Below, in pieces: positions 12,925 to 26,057 of a stretch of DNA of 64,000 nucleotides; positions within the stretch are counted from its first letter, which is position 1, and each line of letters begins with the position of its first letter. This DNA comes from Eledone cirrhosa (taxonomy: Eukaryota): the NCBI GenBank assembly GCA_964016885.1, contig OZ024740.1, forward strand, positions 164,052,001-164,116,000, written 5' to 3'. The position numbers were made by a program, and so were the translations under genes. A model generated the notes under the pieces. It had not been told where the DNA came from and did no database searches. It saw only the letters and a program-made list of their open reading frames with translations.

Positions 12925-13585
12925 AAACAACAACAACAACAACAACAATAATAACGGTAGTAGTAATATAAACAATAACTCTGAGTATAGAAATAACAGC
13001 CATAACAATAACAATAGCAGGAGAGTGAGAAATAGTAACAATGGTAATAATACTAACGATAGACAGAACAACAACAACAACCACAATAATAATAATAATA
13101 GAAACATTAACCACAGATACAGCAGCAGCGATCACAGTAGTAATAACGGTAACAATACGAACAACAACAACAACAACCACAGTGGTAATAATGGAAATAA
13201 TACATGTAGCAACATTAATGATAGACACAACAAAAACAAGAAACATAATAAAAGTAACAACCACAATGGTAGAAATAACAGTAACAACAACAATAACGGT
13301 GAAGTAAACAACAATCACAGCAACAATACATCTAGCAATCATAACAACAATACATCTAACAATCACAGCAACAATACATCTAGCAATCATAACAACAATA
13401 CATCTAACAATCACAGCAACAATACACCTAGCAATCATAACAACAATACATCTAACAATCACAGCAACAATACATCTAGCAATCATAACAATAATAATAA
13501 TGCTAATGATAGGAACAACAACAACCACCATGATAACAATAATAGCAACACACACAACTATGACGATAGATATAATGACAACCCT
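12925..13585 (+). repeat. Asn-rich (AAC/AAT) tract within the PLE ORF, including a 48-nt unit repeated about 4 times
   Basis: NNHSNNTSSNHNNNTS repeats at about 13309-13500. Confidence 0.9.
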
Positions 13586-16255
13586 TAGAGAAACTATTTT
13601 TCAACCCGGCTGACAAAACATATAAGATGGGTAATATCTATCCTACGAGGTTACCCTTTAATAAAAGAGTTTGTATACCACAACAAATAGATGACGAGAC
13701 AGAGGCACAGTTCACCATAGCTATAAATAAGATTAGACAAATAGTAGACCGGTATACTAAGAGACAGAGCAGACCAGAGGCCCAACAACTTGGGAGGAAA
13801 CCTGTAGAAGGCTTGGTTAGCCTCAAGCAGCGCACAAGGGATGGTGAGGTAGTATGTCTACCCACGGATAAGTCTGGTAGGATGTCAATAGATAGCATTC
13901 CGAACTACATCAAGGCTATGCAACCCCACATCACCAACACGAGCGAAATTGCACAGCAAACACATAATGGGAGAGAGAAAATCCTCAACGCTCACATGAT
14001 GATGTGGACTGACATCCTAAAGCCAAGCAGACGCACTGCCAACAACTTCCAGGCGTCTAACAATGGCATACCACCCTTGTATGGCACAAGACAGTCGACG
14101 ACCCGACAACAGGACCACCAACAAGACCCGTATGCGGAGCTAATATAGCTAGCAACTACAGGATCTCCTACTCCCTCTCAATGGTTATACGCCCCATAAT
14201 CAAGATGTCCCCAGATGTATGTGACAGTACAGAGGACCTCCTCAGCAGAATCAGTGAGTGCAACAAAAACAGGAACCTATCCAACTGCATAATAGGCAGC
14301 ATGGATGTGGTATCACTGTACCCATCCATTAACAATGATTTTACTGTGGAAAAATGTGTGGAGATGATCATTGAGAGTGAGGTGGAGTTCTGCGACGTCG
14401 CCACAGACGAACTGGGCCTCCTACTTAGACTTACCTACGACACTGACTACCTAGACAGCCATGACCTTAGACGTTTCTGCCCTAGTAGACCCATAAGAGG
14501 TAGACCCCCCACCATAACCTCAATGGCAAAAACGACTCCCATGGGAAGGTGGATTGGGTGGACCAAAGCTATGCGGACCCCCCAAAACAATGATCAGGTA
14601 AGAAAAATGATCGCACATGCAATAGGGGCTAGTATCAAAACTACCCTAAAGGGCCACATATTCAAGTTCAACGAGAAGATATACACCCAAAATGAGGGAG
14701 CAGCCATTGGCGTCAGCATAGCTGGTGATGTTGCCAACCTTTTCATGGTATGGTGGGAAAGGAGACTTAAATATCTCCTTAATGAGAGCTCCATAGACCT
14801 CATCATGTACTCTCGTTACGTAGACGATATCAATATAGTTATAAGAACATCCACACTAGAGAGCACTAACAAGTTTGATTTAGAACGTAGCACAATGGAA
14901 AGCATTCAGCAGATAGCTAATTCCATACACCAGAGTATAACTGTAACTATCGACTACCCTTCCAAACACCCTAACAATAGACTACCTGTATTAGATACGG
15001 AACTCTGGATTAACACTATAGACGAGAGAGCCCAAATTCTCCACTCACACTATGCTAAACCCATGGCCTCCAAATACCTGATACTCAAAAACTCAGCAAT
15101 GTCCAGTAGTGCTAAGTTTAATATTCTGATCGCAGATTTGGTACGAGTGATGAAGAATGTGTCCCGCATGTGCGACCCAACAGAAATGGAAAGACACATC
15201 CAACTCTTGCTCAACCGCATGCAGTTCTCTGGCTACAACCAAAGAGACAGAATCAGAGTATACGAAGGAGCCACGGAGAAGTATAAGACCCTCATAGAAC
15301 TGGACATGAAAGGAATTTGCCCATTATACAGGAGCAAATCCTGGAATAGCTTAGATAGGGCTAGACATAAGATAGGGAAAGCCACCTCATGGTATGAGAA
15401 TCAGAGATACCAGAGTGTCATGTTTGTGTACGCTACCCCTGGAGGGAAATTAGCTAACCAGTGTAGAAAGGCCCTGAGAAAGACCCACTTAAAGATTAAG
15501 GTGGTAGAAAAGCCAGGAACCACCATAAAATCCCTGATCAGCAAAACCTACCCTTTTAAGAAAACCCACTGTACTAATAGGAAATGTATCATATGTAAGG
15601 TAAACCCCCGGATAAACTGTAAAACTAGAAACGTAGTCTATAGCATAAGATGTACAGAGGGTACTTGCAGAAACATGACAACAACATATATAGGCGAGAC
15701 AGCTCGTAGCATAGGTGAAAGGATAGACCAACACTGGGGGAACTAAAAGGACGAAAAAACGGGTCAGTACTATACGAACATGCCAGACAACAACACGACG
15801 GTAACATAGACAACATAGAAATTAGAATAATATCTAAACATAGAAATGACCCAGCAGATAGGCAAATCAGAGAGGCTAGTGAAATAGAACTTAGAAGGCC
15901 AAGACTAAACAGAAAGAATGAATGGAATAACAACAACACCCAAACAAACAACACTGACCTAAGAGAAGTATAAATAAATAAATAAATAAATAGATAAATA
16001 AATAAATAAATACATACACAAGCACAATAACAACAAACACATATAAACACACACTAGTAAAGATAGAATACATTAACCGATACACAGTCACCCAATCACG
16101 AACACACACAGCAAACAAAACACTATACACACACGCAAACGCATGCGCAAAGAAGACAAAATAGAATAAACAAACAAACAAATAAATAAATAAATATATA
16201 GACAGACTAAATAAAAATGGCGTAGACATACAATGTAACGGGAGGAAACAATAGC

Positions 16256-16297
16256 ACCACTGACGATGTTGCAGATGTGCAACGAAAGAACTTTGAT
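16256..16297 (+). ncRNA. Minimal hammerhead ribozyme in the PLE 3' terminal repeat
   Basis: acca-CTGACGA-tgttgca gatg tgcaac-GAAA-gaac-TT-tgat; stems I and III are weak. Confidence 0.7.
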
Positions 16298-16503
16298 AAA
16301 CTATATATATGTTTTTGTGGCTATATTGTATCTGTATTATTTTTGACCGTCGGTCAGTCAATGGCAACATTGAGGACCGAATAAATTAAATTAGATTACC
16401 GATATAAAAGACACAGAAGCGAAAAGCGAAAACCAACCAAACAGTGAGTGTGTTCTGTTATTAATTCTGGCAATATTACACAAATATGACCCTCCCCAAG
16501 AAT

Positions 16504-16535
<32 letters not shown>

Positions 16536-17055
16536 GGTTTCTACTTCTACAGTACTAGAACTGTTTCATTCGGGAGAAGCCATTGCTATATTAAATATTT
16601 ATACTCTGCTATGTATTGAGTACCTTACTTACTCCCGATTGAACCCGGGATAAACTTTATATATATATATATACATACATACATGCATGCACCTCACACA
16701 AACACATATCGCAACTAATACCCATGTATCTAGAATATGATTCATTCATTAAATAGGTAGTTCATCGGAAACAAACGTCAACAGCTCTTCGAAAAAATAG
16801 GAACAAAACAGGATGTGAGGAAAACGCGAAAATTTTAAAGTAGACTGGTGTTCGTCACAACAAAAGTTTGTATGAAATACTCTTAGCGACTACAATTTTC
16901 TTGTTAATCAACAATTTATGAGCAGCTGAACAAGACAACCTGGCTTTGAAAATGAATGACAGTCATTCGTAAACGTCAGCATTAAATGTAACATTAGTAG
17001 ATTTATTATTGAAATTAGTTGCACTAAAAATTAAAGGAATGCCAAATCTATCTAA

Positions 17056-17103
<48 letters not shown>

Positions 17104-17105
<2 letters not shown>

Positions 17106-19943
17106 CAAAAGAGAGATTAGAGTAGTCTCTATAGAATTTAGTAAGGATTTAGCCTCAAATAGAAATAGGAAGGAAAGGGAGTTGGTAGATAGTGTAGAAG
17201 AGGCAATTAGAAGCGGAGACGTGGCCAGAGTGCTAGCGTCGAGAACGGCCCTGGGCCAGTTCTTCGACGCGAAACACGAAGGCTGCATCGTCCGAAGCAA
17301 AATACGTGCTCTGGGAAACGAGGGGACCAAAGCTGTTAGCTGGGCCCGCATGACAGAAGCCAAAAGAGGGAGCAGATCTACTATCCGGTCTTTGCGAGAC
17401 CAGGATGGACGGGTGATCCTTGAATCTAAGCAGATGTGCGAGGCTTTTCAAAAGCACTTTGCCGGATTGTTCAGAAGGGGCGGGGAGCCGGATGGGATGT
17501 GGACTTCGGTCCATACCTCGACGGGTTGCCGCGTCTCTCGGACAGGGAGGCGAAGTCCTGCGAGGAGCCGATTTCAGCCGCTGAGATAGAGGACGTGCTG
17601 AGCCAATGCGGCAAATGCAAATCCCCGGGTCTCGATGGTCTTCCATACGAACTGTATCTAGCTATGCCGGACTTGTTCCCCGATCTCCTCGAGGCGGTCT
17701 ACTGCAACTGGCAACAGAACGGGAGAATTCCCTGTGCTGTGACAAAGGGCGTAGTCACGCTAGTGAGGAAGGACGAGAACAAGGGGGACGATATAAATAA
17801 TTTCAGGCCCATAACTCTGCTAAATACAGAGTTACAGATTTTGGCCAAGGTTCTAGCAAAGAGGTTGGCGCTTGTCGTGGGAAACCTGGTGGGAGATGCG
17901 CAGACATGTGCTATCCTGTCCAGGTCCATCCACGACAACCTCCACCTCATGCGATACATCATAGAGAGGGTTGGGAACGAACTCGGCTTTGGTGGGGCCC
18001 TGATCAACTTGGATCAATCTAAGGCTTTCGATAGGGTCGACCATGGTTACCTGGATGCGGTGCTAGCGGCGGCAGGCTTCGGACCCATTTTCAGGGGCTG
18101 GATCAATGCCATGCACAGCAGCCGCATCTGCTCTACGGTCAACGTGAACGGCTACCTCTCGGAGCCGTTCGAAATCGCGCGGTCCATCCGACAAGAGTGC
18201 CCTCTCTCCTCCCTTCTGTATGTGATGACTCTAGAGCCACTGCTGCGGAAGTTGGAGTTGTTGCAGGGCATCCCGTTGGAACCGGGATTGCGGAAAGCGG
18301 TGTCGGCCTACGCCGACGACTTAACATTAATGGTGTCGACGGCCTCGGAAATCGGGGCGGTCGGCATCTTACTGGAGGAGTACGAAAGGTTTACAGGGGC
18401 TAAGCTGAACCGGGAAAAGTCGATCGGTCTGCAACTCGGCACGTGGAGGGGCAGATCGATGCCTTCCGATGGCGTCGTCGGGCGCTGGACGGAGGGCCCG
18501 GTGAAGTTGCTCGGGGTCTGGTTCGGCCCAGACCTCCAGGTGGAGAAGAACTGGGGTGAGGTAACGAACAGGGTGTTTGCACTGACCCAGAAGTAGGCCG
18601 AGTGCAAACTGTCACTGAAAGGTCGGGCGGAGGTGGCGAGCATTTATATAGCGTCCGTCATGTACTACCGCCTGACCGTTGTGCCTTGCCCAAGGGAAAC
18701 GCTCGCCAAAATGGAGCGCGCACTCTTCCAATTCCTTTGGAAGAAGCGGGCTCCTATGGTGAGGAGATCCATCTGCTGTCAACACCCTTCGAAAGGAGGG
18801 CTGGCGATGCCGTGGCTAATGATACGTAAACACGCATTAAGGCTACGGCACCTCCAGGTATTCCTCACCGGTCAACCGGTGTGGGCCCCGTTTGTGAGGC
18901 GAGCCTTTCCCAGACTCGTCTCGCTCACCGAACTGCAGTCCTGGGTCAAGCAAAGACCGAGAAAACTGGTCGCCTGGCACACCGAGTGTGCCCAGGCGCT
19001 CACGGCTCTCTGGCAGGCGGACCCGGCTGTCAGTGGAGAATCCACCTCGTCATTCTATAGAGGGCTGGTGGTTAGCAGGTGCGACGACGCCCTCGGAGAA
19101 GCCCTAGGCATGGAGGAAGACGAACTGACCAACCTGTTCGGTAGGACATTCAGCCCGGGACCCATGGATAACTTCCAGAGGTCCCTGGCCTGGCAGTGCT
19201 ACAGAAGAGCTCTGCCCGTTCGAGAAAGGCTCTACAGATACGGGCGCCCGGGTAGGGACCCTTCGAAAAAGATCTGTCCCAGATGCGTGTGCGACGAGGA
19301 AACCGTTGCACACGCATTGGTACACTGCTCGGGCATTGCCGATCTGTGGGGCTATGTCGAACAACTGCTGTCAAGGGTGGGACCGATCCGGTTGACCACC
19401 GAGTCTATTGTAGCGATCAAGCCGCCTCCCCTCTTCAAAAACGAAGGAGAGGCGGTGTTTATGTGCGTAATAGCCATGGCGAAAGAGGTTGTATGGTGGA
19501 CGCGTCTGAAAGGACTGAGGTCAGATACCTTTCTCTCTGGCCAACAACTGGTCCGTTTCTTCCGATATCATTTCGGAAGAAGGATCAGGATGGAGAGAGA
19601 GGTGCTGCACCCCAGCCGTTTTTATGAAAGATGGGTGAAAGTGGCGAGAATGGCCCGTGTGAATGAGCCTTCACTCTACATCAGACTATAGGTGAGGAAG
19701 ATGAAAGACCAAGGGAGCACTCCCTTCCTGTGCTCCTGAGGAGAAGGGTTGCACACTTTTTTTACGGGGGTGTGTGCGACCCCCCTCTCTATTGAGGATT
19801 TTGTTATAAATTTTATTTTGTTATATTTTATTTTATTTTTATATTTTGTTATTGCCTCCTCCTTATTGAGGACGCCTTGTTATGTAAACTCCCCCTATTG
19901 TACTTGTCCCACTTTTGATGCCCTGGTGGCAAATAAAAAGAAA

Positions 19944-19946
<3 letters not shown>
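17104..19946 (+). mobile_element. Tx1 copy 3 (5'-truncated), with (TATC)n on both sides
   Basis: RT to C-terminus (stop 19691) and 3' UTR with aataaa; TATC runs at 17047-17103 and 19947-20008. Confidence 0.92.
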
Positions 19947-20008
<62 letters not shown>

Positions 20009-20010
20009 AT

Positions 20011-20330
20011 GTGAAGACGCATAGCTTGGTGGTTAGAGCGTCGGGCTTACAATTGTGAGGTTGTGAGTTCGTTGCCTTGTGTTCTTGAGCAAGACACTTT
20101 ATTTCACGTTGCTCCAGTTCACTCAGTTGTAGAAATGAGTTGCGATGTCACTGGTGCCAAACTGTATCGGCCATTGCCTTTCCCTTGGACAACATCAGCG
20201 GCATGGAGAAGGGAGAATGGTATGCATGGGCGACTGCTAGTCTTTCACAAACAACCTTGCCCGGACTCGTGTCTCGGAGGGGAACTTTCTACGGGCAAAT
20301 ACCATGGTCATTCGTGACCGAAGGGGGTCT
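20011..20330 (+). mobile_element. tRNA-derived SINE, probably CORE-type
   Basis: A-box-like tagcttggtggttag and B-box-like gtgagttcg, then gtgttcttgagcaagacactttatttcac...ctcag (CORE-like, recalled from memory). Confidence 0.6.
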
Positions 20331-20427
20331 TTACATTTACCTTTATCTATCTGTATGTTTCTGTCTGTCAATCTTTCTGTTTGCCTGTCTGTCTGCTTGT
20401 CTGTCAGTCTTTCTGTCTGTTTGTCTA

Positions 20428-20462
<35 letters not shown>

Positions 20463-20467
20463 CCCCC

Positions 20468-20519
<52 letters not shown>

Positions 20520-20767
20520 GTATCTATCTAACCATCTATGTACGCTGGAGTGGTGAAAGCATTTCTGAATTGAGGGTTGGTGTGTTGGACAATGAAGTTT
20601 TAGTGATTAGTTTAGCTCTTTGCACTCTGAAATGGTCAGAAAACTTCGATATATGATAAACATAACATATACATAAATTGCAGCGCATATCCAAATATAT
20701 GTCTGTTTTGATAGTTTTGGGCGATACATACATATGGTATGTTTGTCTGTCTATCTGTCTGTCTGTG

Positions 20768-21258
20768 TGTAACCCAGTACAATCTGTCTCATGGTCGGGT
20801 CGTCGGCGACTAAACCGGCAACCCCACCAAGCTTGCTTGGTGAGGAAGGTGATATTTGGACACCCTGCGGGATGAAATACAAGACCCGACAAAGGGCAGA
20901 GGAACTCAGCAGAGCCAACGACCATCCAGATAGTACTTTTTTTTCACCTGGGAGTGAAAGGCCCCCAGTTGTTGTCACAACACCTTTCTAAGAGAGGGAA
21001 ACTCCGAAAAGAACCTGCGGCTTCGGAAGCATCCGATGATGTTGACCAGTTCTCCTTTTCAGGTAGTGTTTTCGATTTTCAGAGAGTAGGATTGGTCGAG
21101 TGCAAGGCCTTTCCCCACATAAAAAACCTTCAAAGCACAGGCCTTACTTGTTCGGGATCTGTTACAGGTTCGTGTGGCTGGCCGTAGCCTAAAAGTGCAC
21201 CATTTTCTGTAATCTGACAAGCGATTGCAATACTCTTATCAGAGTATGCAGCCATCAT
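20768..21258 (+). mobile_element. RTE-derived non-autonomous element (subtype C) with (GTAT)n tail
   Basis: Shares the head aacccagtacaa...ggtcgggtcgtcggcgactaaaccggcaacccc and the end gcagccatcat(gtat)n with other copies. Confidence 0.75.
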
Positions 21259-21303
21259 GTATGTATGTATGTATGTATGTATGTATGTATGTATGTATGT
21301 ATG

Positions 21304-21334
<31 letters not shown>

Positions 21335-21346
21335 TTGCTTTACAGC

Positions 21347-21491
21347 ATAGAGTCACGGCCCTCCACGCTCTGAGCTCAAATCCCGCCGAGGTCAACCTTG
21401 CCTTTCATCCCCACGGAGTCAACAAAAGAGAGTACCAGTGATGCGCTGGGCCAGTCGCTGGATCCGTGCCAAAAGCAGAAAAATTATTATT
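21347..21491 (+). mobile_element. tRNA-derived SINE (Meta-domain-like), partial
   Basis: aaatcccgccgaggtcaaccttgcctttcatcc...gtaccag, shared with 7 other copies in the window. Confidence 0.75.
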
Positions 21492-21921
21492 AAAGTTGTT
21501 TTCTTAAGGCCCGGTCGCTGGTGATGGTGATGGCGGCGGCGGTAGTGGTGGTGGTGGCAGTTGATGTTGTTGTTGTGTTGTGTGCGTGTGTGTTTTGTTA
21601 TTTTGATTTTTTTTGTTGTTTTTTTTGCCCTTCTTTTTCTTTTTTTTTATCTTTTGATGCCGCTGTTGTTGTTGTAAATGTTCATTTCAGTTCATTCTGA
21701 AGCTGTTGTTGCTGTAAACATTAGTGCCGGTGTTGTTGTTGTAGATGTTGGGGTTGAAATCTGGTCGTTTGACTGAGTGATGTATATACACACATATACA
21801 TATATACATACAGAAGCAATTATAATAATACTGGACTGTAGTACGATGGGCTTCAACTATACAAACTCTTGAAAGTCAACAGTTGACATAATCTTGTAAT
21901 CTTGTATCAGTAATGACGGTA

Positions 21922-21964
<43 letters not shown>

Positions 21965-22087
21965 AGTAGAGTAGCGTGTGTGTGTTTGTTTGTGTGTATG
22001 AGTGTTGCTGTGTGCGCGCATATGCATGCGCGTGTGTGTATGTCGTACGTATAAGTGTCAATAAGTGATTTTTTTTTTTTTTTTGCG

Positions 22088-22392
22088 CGCGGGGACATAG
22101 AAATAATCGGGCTGGATGCCCGATCGCTCAGTTAAACCACTGGGAGTAAAGAACCTCTAGCCCTTGTTAGGGCATTCTTCTAGGAGAAGGCATCTCAGGA
22201 AACTGGGTTAGCTCGGACATAAAACCTGCGGCTCAGTAGTTACCGATGATGTTGATCTTTTCTTCTTTTCGGGTTATAGCTACTGTCGCTCAGAGAGTGG
22301 GATTGGCTCAGTGCACAGTCTTTCATCACTTTAAAAATATTCGTCACGCACAGGCATTGCACGAGTGCATTAATAATTATTAATAGTGTACT
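22088..22392 (+). mobile_element. RTE-derived non-autonomous element (subtype A), middle part
   Basis: Matches 46465-46770; the missing 3' end appears at 29480-29524. Confidence 0.75.
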
Positions 22393-22455
22393 ATTATTAT
22401 TATTATTATTATTATTACTATTATTATTCCTTTTTTTTTTTTTTTTTTTTTTTTC

Positions 22456-25400
22456 CAATTCAATGATGTTCCAGAACAATATAAAAGAGATAATTGGCAA
22501 TTTAGGTTCTGGAACAAAAAAGATCATTGGCAATAAGGGCAGGGGCCCCAGGTTATCACAGCCTGTGCCCGCTCGTCATCGTGCCATTGTAATAGAGCCA
22601 AACAAGGCATTTAGTCTTGGCTGCTGGAACGTACGGACGCTGCTTGACAGGGATTCCTTGGGGCGTCCTGAACGAAGGACCGCTCTTGTTGCAAAGGAGC
22701 TTCGACGTTACGATCTTGACATCGTGGCTTTATCTGAGACGAGGCTAGCTGGAGATGGTCATCTTACGGAATTTTGTGGAGAATATACATTCTTCTGGAA
22801 AGGAAGAGATGAAGGAACCAGAAGAGAGGCTGGGGTAGGATTTGCTGTTAAGACTGTGCTTGTGAACAAATTAGAGGAATTCCCAGTAGGGATTAGTGAG
22901 CATCTTATGTCCATGAGAGTTCCGCTGGACAAGGGAAGATATGCTACCCTGGTGAGTGTGTATGCTCCAACTATGAGTTCTGTCGATGAGGAAAAGGTGT
23001 CCTTTTACCATGCCTTGAAAGGTGTTTTAAGAAATATCCCTTAGGCAGACAAAGTCATCGTGCTTGGTGACTTTAATGCTAGAGTGGGTAGGGATTTTAA
23101 CACATGGAATGTAATCGGAAGGAATGGTGTGGGAAAGTGTAACAGCAATGGGATGCTCCTGCTGCAGATGTGTGAGGAGCTGGATCTGTGTGTTACCAAC
23201 ACCATGTTCCAACAAAAGAACAAATTCAAGACCACATGGATGCATCCTGCATCTAAGGAATGGCATCTTTTGGACTACGTCCTAGTCAGGATGCGTGACA
23301 GACAGGATGTGCAGTGTGTCGTGTTCTTCGTGGAGCTGAGTGCTGGACGGACCACCGCCTGGTAAGCGCAAAAGTGAAACTAATCACTAAACGTAAAATC
23401 CGGGCTCCTGGTGTTGCCCTGCCCAAAAGATTGAATGCTGCTCGTCTTAAGGATAAAAATGTGAAGAGGACATTGGAAGAAGAGATGCAGGCTGCAGATC
23501 TTGGTGAGGATTGGCCGACCCTTAAAAAGTCGGTTTATGATGTAGGCAGGCGTGTTCTGGGATTGGTGCAGAGGAAACATCAGGACTGGTTTGATGAGAA
23601 TGATGTACATATAGAAGACTTGTTGGCTGATAAGAGGCGTGCTCTGTCACGCTACTTGACGGCAAAACCACAGGAGAGGAATACGTTGCATGAGGAACTC
23701 AGGGATATAAAATCACGTGTTAGGCGGAGTCTTTCTCAGATGAAGGATCAGTGGTGGAGTGAGAAGGCTGGTGAGATACAAACTGCGTCTGATTCCAATA
23801 ACACAAAGCTGTTGTACAGTCTCTTGCGTGAGGTTTATGGACCATCTTCTTCTCTGGTGACACCGCTTCGCAGCAAGGATGGCAAAGAACTTCTTCGTGA
23901 CTCACAAAGAATTCTACGAAGGTGGCGAGAGCACTTTGATGATCTTTTGAATCAGCCAAACTTCTGGACCGTCTGCTGACACACATTGCAGATTGTGTTC
24001 TTCCTGAAAGTCAATCTGGTTTTCGTGCTGGACGCGGCACTACCGATATGATCATCTCAGCTAGACAGCTCCAGGAGAAGTGCATGGAACAAGGCTTGGA
24101 TCTGTATCAGGTTTTTGTCGATCTGACAAAAGCTTTCGATACTGTTAACAGAGATGCATTATGGAAGGTTCTCCAGAAACTTGGTTGCCCTGATAAGTTC
24201 CTTGCTTTAGTTAGGTCTTTCCATGACGACATGAAGGCTTGGGTTAATGTCGGAGGTAACATGTCGGAGCCTATCTCAGTAAAAAATGGAGTGAAGCAGG
24301 GGGATATTCCAGCACCGACCCTGTTTGCCATATACTTTGCAATGGTTTTCTGTACTGCATTCAGGAATTGCGAGCATGGTCTTTACATCAGATATCGAAC
24401 CTCAGGTAGCATATTTAACATCAGGCGCTTTGCTGCGAAGACAAAAGTGTTTACATCAATCATAAGAGACCTCTTGTATGCAGATGATTGCGATCTTGTA
24501 GCGCACACAGAGAGTGATATGCAGCACATTTTGAATGCATTTTCTGACGCTTGTACTGCCCTAGGTCTGACTGTCAGTCTCAAGAAAACCGTCGTCATGT
24601 ACCAACCTGCCCCTGGAAAGCAGTACACTGAACCAAACATCTATGTGTATGGCAAACGACTTGGAGCGGTTGATCAGTTTGTCTACCTGGGAAGCACTGT
24701 CAATCGATACAGCAACCTTGACAGTGAAATCTCACTTAGGTTTAGGAAAGCAAGTGATGCTTTCGGAAAGCTAGAAAGGCGATTCTGGGGTCGGCGAGAC
24801 ATATGCAGGAGGACAAAGGTAAAGGTGTACAGGGCATGTGTGCTCTCTTGTCTTCTTTATGCCTGCGAGACCTGGGTCACATATCGACACCACCTTAAGC
24901 AATTGGAGCGTTTCCATCAGATGTGTCTCAGACGGATCCATGGCGTTCACTGGAGGGACCACATCAGTGATGTCGAGATTTTGGAAAGCTCTATGTGTGA
25001 CAGTATAGAAGCTCTTGTGCTTAAGCAACGACTCCGTTGGAGTGGTCACCTTGCCAGGATGAAGGATTCTAGAATACCAAAACAACTCTTTTATGGAGAG
25101 TTGGTTAAAGGAAAACAACCGTCACATAAACCAAAAAAGAGGTATAAGGATTCCTTGAAAGCCTCTCTGAAAGACGCTAACATCTCTGCTGATACATGGG
25201 AGAATATTGCTGCTGATCGTAATAAATGGAGAAAGACTGTATATGAGGGAAAAGTTGCTTTGAGGCATCTCAAATCGCATACGAGAAAGTTAAGCGGGAT
25301 GTGAGGAAGGGCATTGCTGTTGCACTTCCAGACGGCGAGGGTCCTCCTATGGTGCTGACATGCAGCGTATGTGCGAGACTCTGCCTAAGCAAAGCTGGAC

Positions 25401-25657
25401 TCGAAAGTCATCTTCGCAGTCATAAAGTAAAACCAGTGGTTGACTACCAGGCTGCTGTTGGAGATGCTACTCATCATGCTTGCCAAACATGTGGTAGAGA
25501 ATATAAATCAGCAGGAGGGCTCAAGCGACATGCAAAAGTACACGAACTCCAACCACAGCCAACTATTCCCAGTAAATGTTTTGGTTGCCGACTCTGTGCA
25601 AGACATTTTAGATCATTGGCTGGGCTAAAAAGCCACATTCGATCGCAGCGCTGCTAG
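22456..25657 (+). mobile_element. RTE-BovB clade LINE, decayed, with an internal deletion near 23960
   Basis: WNVRTL...RPERRTALVAKEL...VALSETR (APE); FVDLTKAFDTV, GVKQGDIPAPTLF, LLYADD (RT); three C2H2 fingers at 25301-25657. Confidence 0.92.
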
Positions 25658-25762
25658 TTGCTATCGTGTGTGTGTGCCTGTGTAGATATGCTTGTGTGTG
25701 CGTGTGTGTGTATATATATATGTATATGTATATTATTATTGTTGTTGTCGTTATTATTATTG

Positions 25763-25830
<68 letters not shown>

Positions 25831-25845
25831 GTTATTAATGTATGT

Positions 25846-25899
<54 letters not shown>

Positions 25900-25993
25900 A
25901 TATGTATATATATATATATTTATTTATTTATTTATTTTTATTTTTTTTTTAATTTTAATTTTAATTTTTATTTATTTATTATTATTATTGTTA

Positions 25994-26057
<64 letters not shown>

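Larger units (their letters stand above)
12400..16510 (+). mobile_element. Penelope-like element 1 (RT + C-terminal GIY-YIG), frameshifted, with 3' terminal repeat ending at (TA)n
   Basis: SMDVVSLYPSI, QNEGAAIGVSIAGDVANLFM, SRYVDDI, LPVLD; CTNRKCIIC; NVVYSIRC...YIGETARSIGER. Confidence 0.9.
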
